Below are positions 16,625 to 25,892 of a stretch of DNA of 32,709 bases, piece by piece (the first letter of the stretch is position 1; the number at the start of each line of letters is the position of its first letter). The notes beneath the pieces are model-generated. The model made no database searches, had not been told where the DNA came from, and was given only the letters and a program-made list of their open reading frames with translations. Source of the stretch: a virus. The translations under genes were made by a program, and so were the position numbers. The stretch is from positions 1 to 32,709 of IMG/VR virus record IMGVR_UViG_3300045988_092706; one strand, given 5' to 3'.

Positions 16625-16990
16625 ATGGCAGAAGCACTTGTAACAATCGAAGGCGTCGAGATACGAGAATTAAAGAAGTACGACGTGCAGGCGAGTAAGC
16701 TCTGGAAGGACGCAGGGCGCAATATGAGAGGCAGTATGAGAAGCACGCTTATAGGTATCTTTCCGAAATTAGAGCTGGAGTTTGTGCCTATGGAATATGC
16801 CCGAGCCGCGCAAATCGCGGGAATATTGAACCGCCCCTTTTTCAATGTGCGCTACTTCGATATTCACACCAACTCCTACAAATCACAGACATTTTACGCG
16901 AACGACCTCAAGCTAGGAGTGCTTGACCGCAGACGTGGACTAGTAACCGACTTCAAAGTGAACCTGATAGCACAGGAGGCACAGCGATAG
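16625..16990 (+). CDS. tail component (possibly a minimal distal-tail-protein-like protein), 121 aa
   Basis: Position immediately after the tape-measure gene. Too short for a canonical Dit. Confidence 0.3.
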   Translation: MAEALVTIEGVEIRELKKYDVQASKLWKDAGRNMRGSMRSTLIGIFPKLELEFVPMEYARAAQIAGILNRPFFNVRYFDIHTNSYKSQTFYANDLKLGVLDRRRGLVTDFKVNLIAQEAQR

Positions 16991-16991
16991 T

Positions 16992-19049
16992 ATGCACGAG
17001 CGACGACTAGACGACTTGCGAGAACGCCAGGCTTTTATAAACGGCTTGGACATACCAGCTCGCGAAATGGAGCTGTTTCTTCAGACTATGGACGAGGGCG
17101 AAGAAATCACAATGACAGACCGCGACCTGCTTATAAGCGCGACGCTTGAAAGTGAAGTGCCAGGAATTGGGCGCCTTGAAATGCAGAAGCTGACCCTGAC
17201 ACACCTCGAAGGCAAGGAACTACTCGGTCGCCGTTTTACGCTTCAGGTCAGCGCAGGGCAGAGGGACAGCCTCGGACAACTACCCGCGCCACTGACCCTC
17301 GGCACATTTTACGCAGTATCCTCGGAGAAAATCAAAGACAAGGACGAGGTCAAAGTAACCGCGTACAACCAGACGCACTTATTGACCGCGGAATACAAGC
17401 CCGAGCTATTCACATACCCGACGACCGCAGACGAGCTACTTCAGCAAATCTGCGGAGTTTTGGATATCGGCGCGACAATGAACCAGGCGAACATCGATAT
17501 CGACATAGAGCAAGACCTCTATAAAAATATTCACGGTATACAATACCGCGAAATTATCGAAGAACTGGCGGCGCTCACGGGAAGCATAGCGCGCTTTAAC
17601 AATCGCGGCGACCTGGAGTTTTGGTGTGCAAACGACCTCGAAGGCGAAACCGACAATCACCACGTCAAAATACCAGACGGCTCACTGATTAAATTAACAG
17701 AGCTAGAGAAATACGGAGCCGTGAACAGCCTAGTCCTGGCGAGAAGCCCGCAAAACGACAACGTAGCCGAAACCGAGCCAGGCGCGAACCCAATTATTGA
17801 GGCGACTATCACCAACAACCAAATCATAGACAAGCGACGCGAAGCGGTAAAGGCTAAACTCTTTCCATTTTTCAAAGGCTTAAACTACTACCCCTTCGAA
17901 GCCGAAACGAGCGGCGTGATAGGCGCACTAGTCGGCGACATAGTCGAGATTAACGGCAAGCGCTCCGTGGTTATGGGTCGCAAATTGACCCTCGACGGCG
18001 GAATTAAAGAAAATCTCTGGTGCAAAGACCCAGCACGCACAAAAATAAACTACAACCGCACGAGCAACATCGACAAGCGAATAAAGAACACAGAACTGTA
18101 CGTAGATAAGCAGGAGCAGGTTATCCGCGGAGTAGTGAGCGACGTCCAAACGCTCGGCAACGTAGTAAACGACAATCACACAGAAATCACGCAGAAGGTG
18201 CGCGAAATTACAAACAAGATACAGCGCGCAGGAGGCAATAACCTCCTGAGGAACTCAGCCTTCTTTTACAAATCGAAGGAGAAGCCAGACGACACAGCCG
18301 CAGAGCCGAACCTATACAAGCCGTGGAAAGAAGAAACGCTAAGCTCGCCCTCGATTATCGACGTAGCACCGAGCGCAGAGGCGAAAGCCAACGGCGGTAT
18401 CTCAGGCAACAATCTCTTCTTAAGAGGTCGACGAGTAAGCCAGACGGTAAAAATCCGACGCTCGAAGACGACAGACACAGAAGAAACGCGGAGCTACTAC
18501 ACATTAAGCTGTTTGATTAAGAAGAGCGCGCTAGGAATTGCAGGTATTCTCGTACGCACCGCGACAGTGCCAACCGAAAACCTCTGCTATACACAAATTG
18601 GCGAAGGCGAGAGCGCCTTTTATAAGCGCCTGGAGTGCGAGCCTTTTTATACAACCGCAAGCGACGAGGTCATAGTTGAAATCTGGGCGAACGGCGACGC
18701 AGAGGCAACGTTTACGGACATAATGCTAGCGCACGGCAGAAGCTCCGCAAACTGGGAGCAAGCCAGCGGCGAGGCAATGAGTACCTCCGTTACAATGAAC
18801 GAGTACGGCTTGATAGTGAAGTCGGACATTTACGACGGAGCCTATACAGCAATGACACCGCTCGAGTTTTCAGGATACGCCACCTCAGGCGGAACCCAAC
18901 AGCGCGTCTTTACGGTGAACGGCGAGCGCACAATCGTTACAAAGTTTTCAGCGAAAGACGAAATAGTGCTGAACCCTATAAAACAAATCGCAATTAAAAC
19001 AGGAAGCATTAAAGGTGTCGCATTTATCGACAGCGGAGAGGAGGACTAA
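16992..19049 (+). CDS. tail tip / baseplate protein (Dit/Tal-like), 685 aa
   Basis: Position and size. Start ATG overlaps the upstream stop (TAGTATG). Confidence 0.45.
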   Translation: MHERRLDDLRERQAFINGLDIPAREMELFLQTMDEGEEITMTDRDLLISATLESEVPGIGRLEMQKLTLTHLEGKELLGRRFTLQVSAGQRDSLGQLPAPLTLGTFYAVSSEKIKDKDEVKVTAYNQTHLLTAEYKPELFTYPTTADELLQQICGVLDIGATMNQANIDIDIEQDLYKNIHGIQYREIIEELAALTGSIARFNNRGDLEFWCANDLEGETDNHHVKIPDGSLIKLTELEKYGAVNSLVLARSPQNDNVAETEPGANPIIEATITNNQIIDKRREAVKAKLFPFFKGLNYYPFEAETSGVIGALVGDIVEINGKRSVVMGRKLTLDGGIKENLWCKDPARTKINYNRTSNIDKRIKNTELYVDKQEQVIRGVVSDVQTLGNVVNDNHTEITQKVREITNKIQRAGGNNLLRNSAFFYKSKEKPDDTAAEPNLYKPWKEETLSSPSIIDVAPSAEAKANGGISGNNLFLRGRRVSQTVKIRRSKTTDTEETRSYYTLSCLIKKSALGIAGILVRTATVPTENLCYTQIGEGESAFYKRLECEPFYTTASDEVIVEIWANGDAEATFTDIMLAHGRSSANWEQASGEAMSTSVTMNEYGLIVKSDIYDGAYTAMTPLEFSGYATSGGTQQRVFTVNGERTIVTKFSAKDEIVLNPIKQIAIKTGSIKGVAFIDSGEED

Positions 19050-19052
19050 ATA

Positions 19053-21041
19053 GTGGCAACATCGGGACGAATTGAAACTGGCAGGTATAACGGCACTTGC
19101 TTCTATTTTCAATGGCAACTAGGCGGGCAGGACGTAGGCACGAACCGCTCAGTTATTCACTGGCAGGTCGGTATAAACATCACGAACAACGCTCGCTGGT
19201 ACAGTAACGCGGTGCGCTTGAATATCACGACAATGAACGGAAGCGGCAACATCGCAAGCGGTGTCTGGTCGAACATCAGCGGCAACGGCGACCACCAACT
19301 GGGCGGCGGAATAATGGACATCTACCACAACAGCGACGGAGGTAAAGCCTTCAGCGCTGGAATGTCAGGCTCGCTTTACGGAAGCGGAGCGCTCGAAACG
19401 AGCGGCGGCTGGGAATTGCCAGCAATACCGCGAGCCAGCTCGCCAACATTTACAAAAGGCTTGTATATAGTGGGCGAACCTATCGCGGTGAATATGAACA
19501 AGAAGCACTGGAGCTTCCACCACAACGTAAGCCTCCAAATCCCCGACGGTGTGGAAATCAAGAGGCAGGACGGCTTCGTCGGCGACCAGTACATATGGAC
19601 GCCAAGCCAGCAAGAAATAGACACAATTTACGAGCGAATGAAAGACACGCGCCAGACGAGCCTAGGCGTGGACACTTGGACATTTAACGGCGGCTCAATG
19701 ATAGGCTCAGGCTTTCAGAATGTAACAATTGCCGTCAACGACAAAGAAGCCAGCCCCCTCTTTTCAAAGATTGACGCCCGCGACACAAACGCCACCAGCA
19801 AAGCCGTAACTGGCAACGACCGCGTCTTTATTCAAGGAATATCGACCGTAGTCGCAACAATTGCCGACGCGGACAAGATGAAAACGCGCTTAAAAGCGAC
19901 ACCGAAAAGCTACTCAATAAAGCTCGTCGACAAGACCGCGACAATCGCCCACGACGAAAAGCAGAACGGCAAGCCATACGAAGCCGCACTCGGAACGATT
20001 AGCCAGAAAGGAAGCCAGCGCCTTGTTATTCAGGCGACAGACAGCCGCGGCTTAACCGCTGAGGCTTATAAAGACTTGAACTTCATCGAATACGACACGC
20101 CGAAAATCACAGCCACCGCCGAGCGAAAAAATAACTTTGAAAATGAAACGAAGCTCAGCGTCAGCGGAACCTTTGCGCGCATAACCGTCGACGGAACCGA
20201 CAAAAACAGAATAGAGCCAGGAAGCCTGCGCTATCGCTGGAAGCAGGACGACAACGGCTGGACGGCTTGGATAAAGCGCGACTTCACGCAGGGCGAGGGA
20301 GCCTTCACAATGACACCCGCCTTTTTATCAATGGCGAACTCCTCAAAGTTTATTATAGAAATTGAAGTGCGCGACAAATTGAGTACCTCAAAGACGCAAA
20401 TCTCTCTCGACAGAGGCGTGCCTATTATGATGATATCGAGCAGTAATCGCAATGTCGGTATCGGCAAAATGCCAGCCGAAGGCAGAGCGCTAGACGTCAA
20501 GGGTAAAATCTATATGAATGAGAAGCCGCTCGAAACGCCAACACGCGTGCGCTCTTTTCGAGCCTTAGGATTGGCAGAAATAGAAGCAGAAGTCGCGAGC
20601 GAATTGCCTGCTGGCTACACGAGAAAATATGTAGACGTAACACAAAACCAACAACTGCCGAGCGCACACTTCGTTTACGGCACTATAAACTGGGGACGAG
20701 CGCAGACTGTGGGTGCGCATATGACAGTGTCACGCTCAGGCTACTACGAAATAGCCGTAGCGCAGACAACGCTGAACAACCACAACCGACTAGGTGGCGA
20801 CCGAATGGCGGTAATAGCGCTAGACCTGCCTCAGGGCGAATACAACGTGAATAACGCGTTTTATAACGCGATAGCAATCGTCTCTCAGCACGCTGGCTCT
20901 TTGCCAGTTATGGCAAGCAGGCGCGTTTTCATCAAGAAGGGGCAAAATATCTCAATTTTCGCGGGAACTATGGCGTCAGAGGAAGGCTTTTATAAAATCC
21001 AGCTGGTCGAATGGGAAGGCGACTTGTCCGAGGACATTTAA
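19053..21041 (+). CDS. tail fibre / receptor-binding protein, 662 aa
   Basis: GTG start after GGAGAGGAGG. Last large structural gene before the lysis cassette. Gly/Asn/Ser-rich. Confidence 0.45.
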   Translation: MATSGRIETGRYNGTCFYFQWQLGGQDVGTNRSVIHWQVGINITNNARWYSNAVRLNITTMNGSGNIASGVWSNISGNGDHQLGGGIMDIYHNSDGGKAFSAGMSGSLYGSGALETSGGWELPAIPRASSPTFTKGLYIVGEPIAVNMNKKHWSFHHNVSLQIPDGVEIKRQDGFVGDQYIWTPSQQEIDTIYERMKDTRQTSLGVDTWTFNGGSMIGSGFQNVTIAVNDKEASPLFSKIDARDTNATSKAVTGNDRVFIQGISTVVATIADADKMKTRLKATPKSYSIKLVDKTATIAHDEKQNGKPYEAALGTISQKGSQRLVIQATDSRGLTAEAYKDLNFIEYDTPKITATAERKNNFENETKLSVSGTFARITVDGTDKNRIEPGSLRYRWKQDDNGWTAWIKRDFTQGEGAFTMTPAFLSMANSSKFIIEIEVRDKLSTSKTQISLDRGVPIMMISSSNRNVGIGKMPAEGRALDVKGKIYMNEKPLETPTRVRSFRALGLAEIEAEVASELPAGYTRKYVDVTQNQQLPSAHFVYGTINWGRAQTVGAHMTVSRSGYYEIAVAQTTLNNHNRLGGDRMAVIALDLPQGEYNVNNAFYNAIAIVSQHAGSLPVMASRRVFIKKGQNISIFAGTMASEEGFYKIQLVEWEGDLSEDI

Positions 21042-21059
21042 GGGTGTTAGAATAAAAAA

Positions 21060-21326
21060 ATGGAAGCAAGCGTAACGACATATCTGGCAACGCAAGGCGT
21101 ACTCGGTATAGCCGTCATCGCTTTATCTACCGCGGTTTTCAAACTCTGGAAGAAGAACGAGGAGCTAAACCAAAAGCTCGTCGAAATCGCAGGAGCGAAC
21201 GGACACGAGATGATAGCGTTTTATAAACAGGACGCCGCAAACGAAGCCGAAAAGTCAAAGGCAATTACTCAGATGTCGCACTCAATCGACCTATTAACTG
21301 AGAAGATTAACCGAGGGGGTAATTAA
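21060..21326 (+). CDS. small protein with one TM segment (holin-like or tail-associated), 88 aa
   Basis: Hydrophobic GVLGIAVIALSTAVFKLW followed by a charged tail. Confidence 0.35.
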   Translation: MEASVTTYLATQGVLGIAVIALSTAVFKLWKKNEELNQKLVEIAGANGHEMIAFYKQDAANEAEKSKAITQMSHSIDLLTEKINRGGN

Positions 21327-21327
21327 A

Positions 21328-21543
21328 ATGGACACAGCCGCAGTCATACGAGCGGAATTATACAGCGTGGACATCGAAGCCGCCCGCGAAGAAGCGCGAA
21401 AAGCGCGACAAAATACACAGCAAGCCTACGTGAACCTGGCAAAGAACAGCCAGAAACTAGAGCAACGCATACGTGAAAATCATTTTCACATCACGCTAAA
21501 AAAGGCGGTCAGCGCGCCGAAAAAACAGCCGAAGAAACCATAG
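21328..21543 (+). CDS. hypothetical protein, 71 aa
   Basis: ORF that starts immediately (2 nt) after the upstream gene. Confidence 0.4.
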   Translation: MDTAAVIRAELYSVDIEAAREEARKARQNTQQAYVNLAKNSQKLEQRIRENHFHITLKKAVSAPKKQPKKP

Positions 21544-21547
21544 AAAA

Positions 21548-21871
21548 ATGTTTATAACTATAACCGCAATTGCGCGTATATTGATAGCGACAGCACTTGT
21601 CGCTATTATATTGCGACAGATAGAACTTTACCGACTGAAAGCGCCGAAAGAAGTGCGACACTTAAAAGTATTGCTACTCATTTTATCGATATCATTATTG
21701 ACGAGTAACGCAATTTTACTGATACAGTGGATTATCGGAGCCTACACACATATCGAAATCGCACCCGAGCCGAAAGGCTACGACGGTCTACTTTACTCTA
21801 TCGTCGATATATTAGATGATATAATTACGGTAATAATACTAAGGCTCATTTATAAGGAGGGCGAAAAATGA
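21548..21871 (+). CDS. putative holin / membrane protein with 3 TM segments, 107 aa
   Basis: Three hydrophobic helices (ITAIARILIATALVAIIL; VLLLILSISLLTSNAILLIQWIIGA; IVDILDDIITVIILRLI). Immediately upstream of the lysin. Confidence 0.4.
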   Translation: MFITITAIARILIATALVAIILRQIELYRLKAPKEVRHLKVLLLILSISLLTSNAILLIQWIIGAYTHIEIAPEPKGYDGLLYSIVDILDDIITVIILRLIYKEGEK

Positions 21872-23202
21872 CAGAAATGACAGAGCTACTAGTGCAATCT
21901 TTGCAAGCGTTTGCTTTGTATGGATTAGCGACGATATCGTACACAATCCTGTCGGCTTGGTCGAATATTAACGTTTGGAAAATCAGCGAGGGCTTCGACA
22001 AGAAGCTGTGGCTGAACGGGCTAGCGAAATACGCGCTCCTTGGAGCAAGCACTATAGTTATTATCCTAGTAGCAAAGGCGCTCCTTATCTTTGCGCCGAA
22101 CTGGGGAATTGAATTGCAAGGCGCGAACCAAATCAGCTCGCAGATTATCTTCGGCGTATTAGCGGCAGGAATTGCAGGTATGGTATTGAAGAACATCCAG
22201 AAATTAGCCGAAATCTACGGCGTGAGTCAGAAGAACCTCGACAAAATCACAACCAGCGCGCTCGAGAAAGAAGACGCAGAAGCACCGCTGGTGATTGACG
22301 TGGCAGACCTTCCGAACGGCAAGAAAGCCAAAGACGCAGACGTTGAAAAAGCGGTAGAGAAATCGGGCGCAAAAGCGCTCCTAGACAGCGGACGCGGAGC
22401 AAGCGTACCAACCGACAGCTGGCAGAGTTTTCGCAACGCGGTTATAAATCAAGCCTTTGACGTTGACGGCGCATACGGCGCGCAATGCTGGGACGGAGGC
22501 GCGCTCTTCTGGCTGAACGCAGTCGGTAGGACTTTGTCCACAGGCGGCACAGGCGCGGCACGCGGAGCCTGGGAAGCTGCTCGTGGTTATAACGCAGGGA
22601 GCGAGTTTGAACTCATCACAGACAGAAACGCAATCCAACCAGGTGACTGGCTCTTCTTTGGCGGCACGCAATGGGGACACGTCGGAATGGCAGTGTCGAA
22701 CAACCTCGGCGGCTACGTGAGGCTATTAGGGCAGAACCAAACAGGCAACGGCAACGGCGCACCATTTACTGAAATCAATATGAACCTCGGAAGCTTCTTA
22801 GGGGCTATGAGGCTGAAGCGCTGGCACATCGCACCAGCACCAGCTCCAGCACCGCAACCGCAACTATCACCCGACGAGGTAGCCGCGCAGGTCATCCGCG
22901 GTGATTGGGGCAACGGCGACGACCGACGCGCAAGATTAGCAGGAGCGGGTTATAACCCTGATGATATTCAGAACCGCGTAAACGCTAAGCTATCGCAGGC
23001 AACACCAGCAGAGCCAGAAGCGCCACGCTTCAGCGTAGGCGATATTGTCCAGCCGAAAGTAGCCGTAGACTACAACGGAACGCCACTTACGCAATACGAC
23101 AACAACTACGTAATTACCGAATTGATAGGCGACAGAGCCGTATTATCAGCCCGAGGGCAGGTCTGGGCGGCTTTGAATACAAACAACCTGAGAAAGGCTT
23201 AG
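21868..23202 (+). CDS. endolysin: N-terminal 3-4 TM region + CHAP peptidase + CW_7 repeat + SH3-like C-terminus, 444 aa
   Basis: CHAP Cys/His motifs YGAQCWDGGALFW and GHVGMAVS. CW_7-like VIRGDWGNGDDRRARLAGAGYNPDDIQNRVNAKL. PAPAPAPQPQ linker. N-terminal 120 aa hydrophobic. Confidence 0.7.
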   Translation: MTEMTELLVQSLQAFALYGLATISYTILSAWSNINVWKISEGFDKKLWLNGLAKYALLGASTIVIILVAKALLIFAPNWGIELQGANQISSQIIFGVLAAGIAGMVLKNIQKLAEIYGVSQKNLDKITTSALEKEDAEAPLVIDVADLPNGKKAKDADVEKAVEKSGAKALLDSGRGASVPTDSWQSFRNAVINQAFDVDGAYGAQCWDGGALFWLNAVGRTLSTGGTGAARGAWEAARGYNAGSEFELITDRNAIQPGDWLFFGGTQWGHVGMAVSNNLGGYVRLLGQNQTGNGNGAPFTEINMNLGSFLGAMRLKRWHIAPAPAPAPQPQLSPDEVAAQVIRGDWGNGDDRRARLAGAGYNPDDIQNRVNAKLSQATPAEPEAPRFSVGDIVQPKVAVDYNGTPLTQYDNNYVITELIGDRAVLSARGQVWAALNTNNLRKA

Positions 23203-23206
23203 AACA

Positions 23207-23563
23207 ATGACGGGTGCGGAAATCCAGCGACAACTAAACGCGACGATTAAGAACAGTAAAGGTATCAGAGAGTACGATTATCTTTATACAAGGCTACTCC
23301 ACAGAACGAACGTCTGGCTATTCAAGAACAAGCTCCACCGCGATTATTCAGTAACCAACGACAACGGTCGCGTCTTTATCGTGAACAGGCGCACGCAGGA
23401 GCGCATAAACGAAATCTGCCCCGACGTTTTACGGGGCGGAAAGCGCGGCGAATACGTAGTGTATAATGTACTTATACTCAGCGCAGAGGGTGGCAGACCG
23501 CAAGCGCTTAGAGAAAGGAAGCAGTATGTATCAAATCGAAGTCGAACCGAACGCCGAAGGTAA
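23207..23563 (+). CDS. hypothetical protein, 118 aa
   Basis: ORF; the 3' end overlaps the next small ORF. Confidence 0.4.
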   Translation: MTGAEIQRQLNATIKNSKGIREYDYLYTRLLHRTNVWLFKNKLHRDYSVTNDNGRVFIVNRRTQERINEICPDVLRGGKRGEYVVYNVLILSAEGGRPQALRERKQYVSNRSRTERRR

Positions 23564-23657
23564 GCTCATCATCGAGCTATACGGCGACAAGTACGAAATC
23601 GTCGTAAAAGAGCCGAAACCAAAGGCGAAAAAAGAAGAAAAACCCGCCGAGAAATAG
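23526..23657 (+). CDS. small protein, 43 aa (MYQIEVEPNAEGKLIIELYGDKYEIVVKEPKPKAKKEEKPAEK)
   Basis: Internal ATG 23526 preceded by GAAAGGAAG. The upstream extension in the ORF track (23466) lacks an RBS. Confidence 0.35.
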   Translation: MYQIEVEPNAEGKLIIELYGDKYEIVVKEPKPKAKKEEKPAEK

Positions 23658-23676
23658 AACAAAAGGCGAACAAGAA

Positions 23677-23702
23677 AGAGGGCAAAATAGCCCTCTTTTC
23701 TG
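23677..23702 (+). terminator. rho-independent terminator
   Basis: AGAGGGC aaaata GCCCTCT followed by TTTC. Confidence 0.65.
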
Positions 23703-23789
23703 TTGCAAAAATTACATAGCCACTGGCGGAAAATCCGCGCTTGTCATATAGTAAGAGTACATAAAAAATTAACCAGCAAAGGGGAACGA

Positions 23790-24272
23790 ATGGAGCGAAG
23801 AAATGCTAAAGAAACACTCGTCTTAGTATCAAAGACGGGGGACTTTTTATTAACCAAAGACGAAGCCAGAGAGGTGGCTGTAAAAATCTCAGAAGGCTAT
23901 AGAAATATTGCCCTCCAGGGGTCAGTCCTTGCGACGCACTCAATCGACGGAATACTGCCTTACGACAGATACCGCGACAGCGCCAGGATTAAGAACCGCG
24001 GCTTCATCTGTCTACACGAGAACTTCCATAGAGCGAATGAACAGTGCGCCTGCTCGCGACTTCAAGCAATCGACAAGAATAAGCAAATCGAAGCAAAGGC
24101 GAAGCCGACAACCGAAGAAGAAGCTCGAGGCACAGCCGCTCGCGAATACATACGCGAAAATCTCAAAAATCCAGAAGCGCTGAAGGACGCAGACGCCCGC
24201 GAAGCGTTTGTAAAAAAGCGCACCGCCGAAATCTTAGCAGAAAACGCGTCAGACGCGCCAGAAGCGCCGTAA
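23790..24272 (+). CDS. hypothetical protein, 161 aa (first gene after the terminator)
   Basis: ATG 23790 (MERRNAKETLVLVSK) preceded by AAAGGGGAACGA. The ORF-track start at 23703 extends upstream without an RBS. Confidence 0.45.
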   Translation: MERRNAKETLVLVSKTGDFLLTKDEAREVAVKISEGYRNIALQGSVLATHSIDGILPYDRYRDSARIKNRGFICLHENFHRANEQCACSRLQAIDKNKQIEAKAKPTTEEEARGTAAREYIRENLKNPEALKDADAREAFVKKRTAEILAENASDAPEAP

Positions 24273-24372
24273 AAATTAAAGACGATAAAGTTACGGGCTT
24301 GAACGCCAAAACGCGAAATAAAGCGGAATGAATAGCAAATAGAAGCATTAAGCAACGAAGGAGCCAAAGAAA

Positions 24373-25179
24373 ATGCTAAAAAACATACCATTTTACGCAA
24401 GTCTACTAAATCGAGAACTAGCCAACGGAAAAATAACCAAACACAGCCACGTGCTGGTTTATGGAGCCATAGAAACGCACGCGCTCGGCGATTATGGCTG
24501 TATTGCAAGCAATAAAACAATCGCGGCAGAAACAGGCTTCACAGCTGGAACCGTCGCTAACATCATAAGCGAACTCAACGCGTCGGGCTGGATTAAAGTA
24601 AACCTGGACGAGAAGCACCACAGAGTGAATATAGAGCCGAAGCTAACTATAAACGTCCCAACTTTTTCACAGGAAAGTCAAGAGCCAACAGGGGTAGACC
24701 CTTCACCCGCCGAGGAACACCCCCTACCCCGCCGAGGAACACCCCCTACACCCGCCGAAGAACCCCCCTATCACCCGCCGATGAACATAGAATACAGTAA
24801 TAGAAACAGTAATAGAAACAGTAATAGAAATACTCTACTTGTCCGCACTCGGACAAGCGAGGTGAGTAAAACCTCCGCAGAAGCTGCTGAAATAGTCGAA
24901 AAAATGCACGAAATGATAAAAAAACGACTACCAAACAGGGCGAACAAAAAGCGAACACAAGCACAGCTCCAAAAAGACATCGAAACAATCGAGAAAATCC
25001 ACAGACTGGACGGGTACAGCTACGCCGAAATTAACGCAGTGATGAAATGGTCGCAGGAGGACGACTTCTGGTCGCAAAATATTCTATCAACCGCAAAGCT
25101 TCGCAAGCAGTTTGACAAGCTGGTGCTTCGAATGAGAGCCGAGCAGAAGAAAAAGCGGGACAATATCGCTTTCATTTAA
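24373..25179 (+). CDS. replication initiator / replisome organizer with a winged-HTH N-terminus and DnaD-like C-terminus; carries iterons in its coding sequence, 268 aa
   Basis: RBS GAAGGAG. HTH TIAAETGFTAGTVANIISELNASGWIK. C-terminal GYSYAEINAVMKWSQEDDFWSQNIL (DnaD-like). Internal 22-bp x3.7 and 12-bp x3 tandem repeats. Confidence 0.55.
   Translation: MLKNIPFYASLLNRELANGKITKHSHVLVYGAIETHALGDYGCIASNKTIAAETGFTAGTVANIISELNASGWIKVNLDEKHHRVNIEPKLTINVPTFSQESQEPTGVDPSPAEEHPLPRRGTPPTPAEEPPYHPPMNIEYSNRNSNRNSNRNTLLVRTRTSEVSKTSAEAAEIVEKMHEMIKKRLPNRANKKRTQAQLQKDIETIEKIHRLDGYSYAEINAVMKWSQEDDFWSQNILSTAKLRKQFDKLVLRMRAEQKKKRDNIAFI
24704..24829 (+). repeat. iteron-like tandem repeats: about 3.7 copies of the 22-bp unit ACCCGCCGAGGAACACCCCCTA (24704-24786), then 3 perfect copies of ACAGTAATAGAA (24794-24829)
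   Basis: Direct repeats read from the sequence. Located inside the rep gene (encoding PAEEHPLPRRGTPPTPAEEPPYHPP and NSNRNSNRNSNR). Confidence 0.7.
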
Positions 25180-25194
25180 GAGGCTAAAAAATCT

Positions 25195-25279
25195 TTGAAA
25201 ATCTTCACAAAAAGGCTTGATATTTTTGAGAGAGTACAATATAATGAAAGTACAACAAACGTAAGAGAAAGGTAAAACT
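25195..25279 (+). promoter_or_regulatory. promoter/leader cassette copy B: -35 TTGATA 25217-25222, 17-bp spacer TTTTTGAGAGAGTACAA, -10 TATAAT 25240-25245
   Basis: Diverged copy of cassettes A and C, with a conserved spacer and leader core (CAAACGTAAGA). Confidence 0.6.
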
Positions 25280-25471
25280 ATGCAAGAATGCAAGCACGAA
25301 AACGCATATCTCGAAGAACCCTGCTGTGGGCGAGGCGAGAGCGGCTACGTCGAGTGCGCCTGCGGCGGAACATACGCGGTAGTATGCCCAGACTGCGGCG
25401 AAGAAGTCGACGAAGCAACCAAGAAGCGAGTTATAGAAGAAACGGAGCAACAAGATGATTACAGCGAATAG
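25280..25471 (+). CDS. small Cys-rich zinc-ribbon protein, 63 aa
   Basis: CKHENAYLEEPCCG and two further Cys pairs (CACGG, CPDCG). Confidence 0.5.
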   Translation: MQECKHENAYLEEPCCGRGESGYVECACGGTYAVVCPDCGEEVDEATKKRVIEETEQQDDYSE

Positions 25472-25892
25472 AACCTCCAGCCTAGCAGACAAGCTGCTAC
25501 AAATGGCGCTACACGACGAACTAGTCAACGGCGATTATAACGGCGACTTGCTCGCCCTCGCCAATGAGCTGGCGGAGGAGGTAGTTCTGCCAATCGACGA
25601 CAGCGGCGAGTTTATCGCCTTGCACGCCCCGCGAATACAGAAGCGACACCTGGTCGAAATCCTGGCAGGCGAAACGACCCGCGGAATAATCGCACCCGTC
25701 CAAATGGAAATCCAGGACGGCGACGAAGTGCTGGAAATCCACTACGAACCACTCGCGAGCCGAATTAACAACCAAATATTCACAGCTTGCCGAAGAATGA
25801 CAGGCAACGGCTTAGTGAGGTCAAGCACAGACCCCGAGAAGTTCTTAGAGCGAGCGATTGAGCGCTTCACGCGAACACCGCGCAAGGACTAG
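25455..25892 (+). CDS. hypothetical protein, 145 aa
   Basis: ORF overlapping the upstream gene by 17 nt. Confidence 0.45.
   Translation: MITANRTSSLADKLLQMALHDELVNGDYNGDLLALANELAEEVVLPIDDSGEFIALHAPRIQKRHLVEILAGETTRGIIAPVQMEIQDGDEVLEIHYEPLASRINNQIFTACRRMTGNGLVRSSTDPEKFLERAIERFTRTPRKD

Noticed and set aside
19053-21041. Diversity-generating retroelement targeting the tail fibre
   Set aside because: No reverse transcriptase gene and no template-repeat/variable-repeat pair visible anywhere in the genome.
23703-23789. Upstream extension of ORF 23703..24272
   Set aside because: It starts inside the terminator and promoter region without an RBS. ATG 23790 has an RBS.
24704-24829. Possible CRISPR array
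   Set aside because: The units are only 22-bp and 12-bp, perfectly tandem without spacers, and inside a coding region. This is iteron-like, not CRISPR.
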